Below are positions 57,625 through 64,000 of a stretch of DNA of 64,000 nt, in pieces. Each line of letters begins with the position of its first letter. The stretch's first letter is position 1. The notes beneath the pieces were generated by a model. That model was given only the letters and a program-made list of their open reading frames with translations, was not told the origin of the DNA and ran no database searches. Source of the DNA: Litorimonas sp. (GTDB lineage: Bacteria > Pseudomonadota > Alphaproteobacteria > Caulobacterales > Maricaulaceae); assembly GCA_051251645.1 (NCBI GenBank), contig JBPOEY010000002.1, forward strand, positions 70,093 through 134,092. Direction: 5' to 3'. The position numbers and the translations under genes are program-made.

Positions 57625-57715
57625 TCGCTCATCCCGATGAAAGTCGGGATCCAGCTATCGAGTTTGAGCTGCTGTCTCGCGAGGGCTAGATCCCGACTTT
57701 CGTCGAGATGAGCGA
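57625..57715. repeat. REP-doublet-like element
   Basis: 27-bp inverted repeats (25/27 identical), TCGCTCATCCCGATGAAAGTCGGGATC. Confidence 0.75.
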
Positions 57716-57738
57716 CAGTTAAAATTGGCAGAAAACGC

Positions 57739-57957
57739 CTAGTGGTGTCCGCCTAGGACAGCATTGGGATCAAGCTTAAACACACGATCACAATATTTGC
57801 AGATCACATGCGTGTCTTCGCCCATATCCAGCCACGTCACCGGATGGCCTAGCGCGTCTCCGCCGCCGTCACATTTAACGTAAGTGCTGCTGACGATGAC
57901 CACGTCATTTTCCGTCTCTTCGAGGCGGGGCGTAGGCGATATATTTTTAGCAACCAT
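57739..57957 (-). CDS. Zinc-finger (zf-CHCC-type) small protein
   Basis: CDGGGDALGHP...CKYCDR. Confidence 0.88.
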   Translation of the reverse strand: MVAKNISPTPRLEETENDVVIVSSTYVKCDGGGDALGHPVTWLDMGEDTHVICKYCDRVFKLDPNAVLGGHH

Positions 57958-58023
57958 GCGGGCACGTCCTTGTCGTTAGGCTGGCCTGCGTCTAAGCGTC
58001 CGCCCCATGCGAGACAAGCCTCT

Positions 58024-58986
58024 ATGACCGAAACCTCTTCACAGCCAGTCAGCCCGGCCATCGAACTCATCGGCCTGACTAAGACCTATGCCGCGTCTAA
58101 AAAGGCCCCCGCCAAGACCGCGCTGCATGGAATTGACCTCATCATTCCGCGCGGGTCGATCTTCGGCCTGCTTGGCCCCAATGGCGCGGGCAAATCCACG
58201 GCGATCAACATACTCGCTGGACTGGTGAATAAGTCCTCCGGCACCGCGCGGATCATGGGTTATGATATTGAAACCCAGACCCGGGCGGCGCGCGCGTCCA
58301 TCGGGATCGTGCCGCAAGAAATCGCGATGGACGTATTCTTCACGCCCTACCAAGCGATGGAGTTGCAAGCGGGCTATTACGGCGTGCCCAAGCGCGAGCG
58401 ACGGACCGAGGAAATTCTCGACGCGCTCGGTCTGCTCGACAAGCGCGATGCCTATGTGCGGCAGTTGTCTGGTGGAATGAAACGCCGCCTGCTGATCGCC
58501 AAAGCGCTGGTGCATAATCCGCCTGTGCTGATCCTCGATGAGCCGACCGCGGGCGTTGATATTGAGCTGCGTCGTCAGCTCTGGGAGTATGTGCAAACCC
58601 TGCATGAGCGCGGTACGACGATTATTCTGACCACACATTATCTGGAAGAAGCCGAAGCGCTGTGTGACCAAATTGCGATCATTCACGAAGGTCGCATTGT
58701 CGCTAATGAAAGCAAAAACACGATGTTGTCGCGCATGGATAAACGTATGTTGGTGATCACGCCAACGGACACGCTTACAACTGTGCCTGATGCTTTGAGT
58801 GATCTGAGCGCCGTGATCGACGATGGAAACCTGATCATCTCATATTTGAAAGGCACGGATTCTGTCACCGGGCTGCTCAATCGGGTAAAAGACGCAGGTC
58901 TCTCCATTGCCGACCTGCGGACCGATCAACCCGATCTGGAAGATATCTTCTTGCAACTGACCTATGGGTCTGATGTCTCGACCTAA
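58024..58986 (+). CDS. ABC transporter ATP-binding protein (ABC-2 type)
   Basis: GPNGAGKS, LSGGMKRR, LDEPT and TTHY motifs. Confidence 0.93.
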   Translation: MTETSSQPVSPAIELIGLTKTYAASKKAPAKTALHGIDLIIPRGSIFGLLGPNGAGKSTAINILAGLVNKSSGTARIMGYDIETQTRAARASIGIVPQEIAMDVFFTPYQAMELQAGYYGVPKRERRTEEILDALGLLDKRDAYVRQLSGGMKRRLLIAKALVHNPPVLILDEPTAGVDIELRRQLWEYVQTLHERGTTIILTTHYLEEAEALCDQIAIIHEGRIVANESKNTMLSRMDKRMLVITPTDTLTTVPDALSDLSAVIDDGNLIISYLKGTDSVTGLLNRVKDAGLSIADLRTDQPDLEDIFLQLTYGSDVST

Positions 58987-59947
58987 CTACCGCATCGGAC
59001 TGCTCGGCGCGTCCCGGATTGCGCCGAAGGCAATCATTGCACCTGCGTTAAAGCGCGATGATTGCGAGATTGTTGCCATCGCGTGTCGCGATGTCTCGCG
59101 CGGTCAGACGTATGCCATTGACCATGGCATACCCGACGCTGACGTTATGGCTGATTACGCCGCCCTTTGCGCACGCAACGATATCGACATTATCTATAAT
59201 GCCTTGCCCCCGTCCAAACATTTGGAGCTCGCGCGCCTCGCGATCGGCAAAGTCCAGCTGATCGAAAAACCCTTTGCCATGAATGCAGCCGAGGCGAAAC
59301 AAATCGCCGCTTTGCCCGGCGTCATCATGGAAGCGTTCCACCACCGCTATCATCCGGCCTTCGGGCTCTTCTTGAACGCCGTCGAGGCGATCAAACCACT
59401 GACCCATATGACGGGGCGTTTTCACGTCACCATCCCGAACACACCGGGGGAGCTGCGCCATATCGCAGAGTTAGGCGGCGGCGGTCTGATGGACCTTGGC
59501 ACCTATCCGTTACACATCGCGCGGACCGTTGCCGGACGCGAACCGCGCATCGTCAGCGCCACCGCGGTAGAGGGCGACCCACGCATCGATCTGTTCATCG
59601 AAGCAGAGCTGGATTTCGGCGACGGGCTGACGGCAACGATCTCCAGCGATATGCGCGAGGGTATAGAGCGCGTGAATTATTTTGAGGTCGTCGGCGCGGG
59701 CGGCACGGTACGCTTCGATAACCCCGTGCATCCCTATCGCGGCTGCACAATCACCACGCCAGACGGAATCACGACCGACGCGGATCATCCCCGCTGGCGA
59801 GCGGTGACCACCTATGACGCACAGCTCGCCCATCTCCTCGCCAGCCTCGGCATGGGAAGGCCGCCGCTGACCAACGCGCCTGAGGCCGTGCGGCAGATGC
59901 AAGCGATTGACGCAATTTACAGGGCGAGCGAGCTAGGGCCGCGTTAG
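58964..59947 (+). CDS. Gfo/Idh/MocA oxidoreductase
   Basis: GASRIA, YNALP, IEKPFA and GGGLMDLGTYP motifs. Confidence 0.92.
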   Translation: MGLMSRPNYRIGLLGASRIAPKAIIAPALKRDDCEIVAIACRDVSRGQTYAIDHGIPDADVMADYAALCARNDIDIIYNALPPSKHLELARLAIGKVQLIEKPFAMNAAEAKQIAALPGVIMEAFHHRYHPAFGLFLNAVEAIKPLTHMTGRFHVTIPNTPGELRHIAELGGGGLMDLGTYPLHIARTVAGREPRIVSATAVEGDPRIDLFIEAELDFGDGLTATISSDMREGIERVNYFEVVGAGGTVRFDNPVHPYRGCTITTPDGITTDADHPRWRAVTTYDAQLAHLLASLGMGRPPLTNAPEAVRQMQAIDAIYRASELGPR

Positions 59948-60023
59948 AACCTTAAGTCTCCCGCAGGAGAAACCGTACAAAACTGTGCCACACAGGGGGA
60001 ATAAGCGATCGCCGTAGACATCC

Positions 60024-60815
60024 CTACCCCAACCGTCCGGTAATATAATCCTGCGTGCGCGCGTCCGACGGGTTGGTGAACATCCGCTCGGTCTGATCAT
60101 ATTCGATCAGCGCGCCCTTATGTAGGAATGCGGTTTTATCGCTGATCCGCGCGGCTTGTGCCATGCTGTGGGTGACGATGATGATGCAGTATCGTTTCTT
60201 GAGCTCTTCGATCAGTGCTTCGAGCCGCGCGGTTGCGATGGGGTCGAGCGAGCTGGCGGGTTCGTCCATCAAGATCACGTCCGGATCAATGGCGAGAGCG
60301 CGCGCGAGCACAAGCCGTTGTTGCTGCCCAACGGACAGGCTTGGCGCGGGCAGTGTCAGCCGATCTTTAACTTCGTCCCAAAGTCCCGCGCGTCGGAGGC
60401 TTTTTTCAACCAAGCGGTCGAGCGCCCCGCGCCCCTGCGCCAGCCCATGCAGACGCGGGCCATAGGCGACATTTTCGTAAACGGACCGAGGGAAAGGCGC
60501 GGGCTTTTGGAACACCATCCCGACACGCGTGCGCAGTAAGACGGGATCAATGGTTGGCGCGTAGATATCCGTTCCGTCCATCAGCACGGTGCCATGGGTT
60601 CGTGCATCCGGGATCGTGTCATTCATGCGGTTAAACACGCGCAGTAAGGTGGATTTCCCACAGCCCGACGGGCCGATCAGCGCCGTGACGCTGCGGTCGG
60701 CAATATCAATGTCGATATTTTGGAGCGCGCGGAACGCACCATAATCCACGGACACACCGCGACAGGTGAACTTTGGCGCCGGTTGGGGCGGGGTCAGGGG
60801 ATCAAACATCGTCAT
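60024..60815 (-). CDS. pstB: Phosphate ABC transporter ATPase
   Basis: [31 protein letters not shown] and VTHSM motifs; ATGA overlap with pstA. Confidence 0.96.
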   Translation of the reverse strand: MTMFDPLTPPQPAPKFTCRGVSVDYGAFRALQNIDIDIADRSVTALIGPSGCGKSTLLRVFNRMNDTIPDARTHGTVLMDGTDIYAPTIDPVLLRTRVGMVFQKPAPFPRSVYENVAYGPRLHGLAQGRGALDRLVEKSLRRAGLWDEVKDRLTLPAPSLSVGQQQRLVLARALAIDPDVILMDEPASSLDPIATARLEALIEELKKRYCIIIVTHSMAQAARISDKTAFLHKGALIEYDQTERMFTNPSDARTQDYITGRLG

Positions 60816-62098
60816 AGCTTTCGCCGCCTTTGCAACCGTTCGCGCAGGATTATGGCAACCCCATTGATAAACATGAGGACCACCAGAAGAGAGATAATCG
60901 CGGCCGATGTGCGTTCTGCCCACGCCGCTTCGGCGGATCCAGACCAGAGAAAAATCTGCACGGGTAATGCCGTCGCCGGGTCCATCGGCGAGCTGGGGAC
61001 TGAGGTTACAAATGCGACCATACCAATCATCAGCAACGGCGCGGTCTCGCCTAGCGCTTGTGCCATACCAATGATCGACCCGGTCATCATCCCCGGCGCG
61101 GCGAGCGGCACGCGGTGATTAAACACGGCCTGCATCCGCGACGCGCCCAGGCTCAGGGCACTATCCGTAAGCGAGACAGGTACCGCGAGCAGCGCTGCAC
61201 GCGACGCGATCACAATGGTCGGGAACATGCGCAGGGCCAGCACGAGCCCGCCGACCAGCGGAATGGAGCGTTGCAGACCAAAGAAGTTGATGAACACGGC
61301 GAGCCCCAGCAATCCAAACACAATAGACGGCACAGCGGCGAGATTATTAATATTCACTTCGAGCAATCGCGTCAGCCGTCCGCCCCAACCTGTTTGCGGC
61401 GCAAAACTATCCAAATAAATCGCAGCCCCAACACCAACCGGAAGCGCCAGCGCACTCGCGATCAGCACGATCATGACAGACCCGAATATAGCCGAGGCAA
61501 GTCCCGCCCGTTCCGGATCGCGGGAGTCCGGATTGGCAAACAGCCCGCGATTAAACCGACGGTTGATCCGGCCCTCCGCCTCTAACGTCGCGATCCAAGC
61601 GATTTGCCGATCGGTGATCTTACGTTGATCTTCGGGCAAGCTCGGATCGATATGCCCCTTGAGATATTGATCGGTCAGGTCCGAGGCGGGGACACGCAAT
61701 TGAACCAGACCCTTACTTTCAGCCGTGCGGAGATCCGCCGTCGCCGTTGAGGCCGATATGATCTGTAAAAGCGCGCGGCGGATATCGTCGTCAGGCACCG
61801 CATCAAACGTGTCTGCCAGCGCATCCGCCAAGCGGCGGCGGTCATTGGTGGGTTGGGCCGTCTGTGAGGGGATCGTCAAATCGAGTGTCACCCAATGCTG
61901 CGTAAAGGCAGACGCCCCGGTCGAGACGATCGAGATCAACAGCCACGCCAGCGCAGCGATAGAAAAAGCGACCGCCGCACGGCCATAGATCCGGAACCGA
62001 CGTTCTGCCGACCGTCGCTTTCGCATCCGGGCTTCCATCGGCGGGGTCGCAATTGTCACCTTCATCGGTGTGTCTGACGATGTGTTTGGCGCGCTCAT
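60812..62098 (-). CDS. pstA: Phosphate ABC transporter permease
   Basis: [17 protein letters not shown] and [10 protein letters not shown] motifs. Confidence 0.95.
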   Translation of the reverse strand: MSAPNTSSDTPMKVTIATPPMEARMRKRRSAERRFRIYGRAAVAFSIAALAWLLISIVSTGASAFTQHWVTLDLTIPSQTAQPTNDRRRLADALADTFDAVPDDDIRRALLQIISASTATADLRTAESKGLVQLRVPASDLTDQYLKGHIDPSLPEDQRKITDRQIAWIATLEAEGRINRRFNRGLFANPDSRDPERAGLASAIFGSVMIVLIASALALPVGVGAAIYLDSFAPQTGWGGRLTRLLEVNINNLAAVPSIVFGLLGLAVFINFFGLQRSIPLVGGLVLALRMFPTIVIASRAALLAVPVSLTDSALSLGASRMQAVFNHRVPLAAPGMMTGSIIGMAQALGETAPLLMIGMVAFVTSVPSSPMDPATALPVQIFLWSGSAEAAWAERTSAAIISLLVVLMFINGVAIILRERLQRRRKL

Positions 62099-63333
62099 TC
62101 GAACCGTGTCCGGTAGCGATTGACGACGGCCATGGCGCCAATATTGAGCAGTAAGGTGATGACGAACAGAACAAGACCGAGCGCAAAGGCCGCCAGCGTG
62201 CGCGGACTGTCAAAGACCTGATCGCCCGTCAATAAAGCCACAATCTGTACGGTCACTGTGGTGACGGCGTCAAACGGGTTCGCTGACAAGTTCGCCGCGC
62301 GCCCCGCCGCCATGACCACGATCATGGTCTCGCCAATCGCCCGCGAAATTGCGAGCAGGAACGCGCCGATAATGCCCGGCAAAGCGCTACGAAAGACAAC
62401 ACGGATCAGGGTTTCAGACTTCGTCGCCCCTAAGGCGGTGGACCCATCGCGCAAACTTTGCGGGACGGCGCGGATGACGTCATCGGAGAGGGAACTCACC
62501 AACGGAATAATCATCACCCCCATGACCAATCCGGCAGCCAGAGAGGATTGCGTTGCCACATCCGCACCAAACCAAGCGGCCGCGTCGCGGATCGCCGGAC
62601 CGACGCTGATAAGAGCGAAAAAGCCGTAGACCACAGTCGGAATTCCGGCCAACACTTCGATGGCGGGCTTGGCAAACGCTCGGGTCCGGGGCGAGGCATA
62701 TTCTGAGAGATAAATCGCCACCATTAAGCCGATGGGTCCGGCAACAGCCATCGCGATCCCGGTGATAAGAAACGTCCCGGCAAACACGGGCACGGCCCCA
62801 AAAGCACCGCTCTGCCCGGCCCCGCCCGCGCGGATCGGGGTTTGTGGCGACCATTGCGTACCGAATAGAAATTCGAGGATCGACACATCACGAAAAAACA
62901 GGGTCGCTTCGAAGACAAGCGAAGCGACGATACCCGCTGTTGTCAGCAACGCCACGAGCGCCAACAGCATTAAGCCCGTCTCCGCCAACCGTTCAACATG
63001 GGTACGGGCCGCAAAGCCTGGCCTGACATTCGCAATCGACACGGTAAGCGGCAGGGCCGGAATAACGATCAGCGCAATCAGCCAGAGCCCATCCCCCTCG
63101 ACACTCGGCGTTGCGCCCCGCATGGATAAGCCCGCGAGATAGATACCGACCCCGACGAGCCCGGTCAGGGCCGCCGCCAGACGGGCATGGTGGCGCGGTT
63201 GGGCGCGGGCGGCCGACGGTCCGAGGGTGTCAGGCACAACCAAACGCGCGGCACGGCCATAAATTATGCGGTAAGCCCCGACCATCAATGCGCCGACAAT
63301 CACCAACATATAGAGCGGCACCGGATCGCTCAC
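62095..63333 (-). CDS. pstC: Phosphate ABC transporter permease
   Basis: FLFGTQWSP, LAGIPTVVYG and SRAIGETMIV motifs. Confidence 0.95.
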   Translation of the reverse strand: MSDPVPLYMLVIVGALMVGAYRIIYGRAARLVVPDTLGPSAARAQPRHHARLAAALTGLVGVGIYLAGLSMRGATPSVEGDGLWLIALIVIPALPLTVSIANVRPGFAARTHVERLAETGLMLLALVALLTTAGIVASLVFEATLFFRDVSILEFLFGTQWSPQTPIRAGGAGQSGAFGAVPVFAGTFLITGIAMAVAGPIGLMVAIYLSEYASPRTRAFAKPAIEVLAGIPTVVYGFFALISVGPAIRDAAAWFGADVATQSSLAAGLVMGVMIIPLVSSLSDDVIRAVPQSLRDGSTALGATKSETLIRVVFRSALPGIIGAFLLAISRAIGETMIVVMAAGRAANLSANPFDAVTTVTVQIVALLTGDQVFDSPRTLAAFALGLVLFVITLLLNIGAMAVVNRYRTRFE

Positions 63334-64000
63334 GGACGCAACTCCGACGGGGTTTTCGCACGCTCGATCCGCTGTCGGATGGTGGCCCGTTCCGCATCTG
63401 ACAGCGGGATCAGCCCAATTTCTTCCAAATAGCCCCCCGGACCGGACGCTTCATCCGAGGTCAATTCGAGGGCATAATCCACCATACGCCGATCTTCTCC
63501 GCCGCGAAAATATAGGAATAGATCCCGCACCACCGGGTAGGACCCATTACGAATCGTGTCTTGGCTCGGCAGCACACCGCCAATCGCAATCCCTCTGACC
63601 TTGTCCGTATTCTGATCCAGAAAAGAAAAGCCAAACACGCCGAGCGTTGTTGGAGAATTCGCTAACGTTCGGATCAAGGCATTATCATTCTCGCCCGCGT
63701 CAATCCAACGCCCATCTTCGCGCAGATCATGGGCGCGCGAGCGAAATAGATTGGGCGTGGACCGCTCCATCTCCGCCAAACAAGGTAAGGCGCGTGCGCC
63801 GGCTTCCATCGCTGTTTCAACAAAGGCGTCGCGCGTCCCCGACGTCGGCGGCGGGCCGTAAACCTTGATCATGTCCGGGGGCAGGGCCGGATCAATATCG
63901 GACCACCGCGCGTAAGGATTAAGCCTCGGCGTGCAGTCCGTCCCCGAGGTTGGTAATTCACGCGCCAACGCGCGGTAGAGCGTGAGCGGATCAATATCCA
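63330..64000 (-). CDS. pstS: Phosphate ABC transporter substrate-binding protein (partial, starts beyond right edge)
   Basis: GPPPTSGTRDAF, AGENDN, FGFSFL and YPVVRDLFLY motifs; the frame is open to the window edge (DIDPLTLYRALAR). Confidence 0.9.
   Translation of the reverse strand, partial: DIDPLTLYRALARELPTSGTDCTPRLNPYARWSDIDPALPPDMIKVYGPPPTSGTRDAFVETAMEAGARALPCLAEMERSTPNLFRSRAHDLREDGRWIDAGENDNALIRTLANSPTTLGVFGFSFLDQNTDKVRGIAIGGVLPSQDTIRNGSYPVVRDLFLYFRGGEDRRMVDYALELTSDEASGPGGYLEEIGLIPLSDAERATIRQRIERAKTPSELRP

Noticed and set aside
1-64000. CRISPR array, rRNA or intact IS transposase
   Set aside because: No regularly spaced repeats, rRNA signatures or DDE/HUH transposase motifs were seen.

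Overview
Alphaproteobacterial chromosome segment; gene content and style suggest a marine Caulobacterales/Maricaulales-like organism (inference). Core-like genes at 1-18.7 kb: heparinase II/III-like (partial), rpe, RsmB-family, DUF1674, pyrF, SDR, desaturase-lemA-DUF2207, MscS, nadA, two DUF805 and lipB. These are interspersed with three Cys-containing low-complexity secreted proteins and a ~400-nt non-coding block that folds into an ornate minus-strand RNA. An AT-richer integrative mobilizable island begins at tRNA-Leu(GAG) (18719-18805). It carries a large serine recombinase whose ORF reads through the tRNA antisense, a VirD4/TraG coupling protein, MobC plus relaxase, and defence cargo (HEPN-motif protein, HNH nuclease, Gabija-like OLD+UvrD pair, Mrr-like nuclease). 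It also carries a FimB/E-sized tyrosine recombinase next to two palindromic sites with inverted matching 6-bp cores, a candidate invertible switch. A stress/accessory block follows (CreA, HWE kinase/REC, TopIB, deaminase, DUF421, YqcI/YcgG, DUF1989, Crp, hybrid kinase). Next is a Pho-box-bearing TPR/duplicated lipoprotein/TonB-receptor locus, then purEK, mtnP and pstSCAB. The island's right end could not be located. All family calls come from motifs recognised by eye; no database searches were run.
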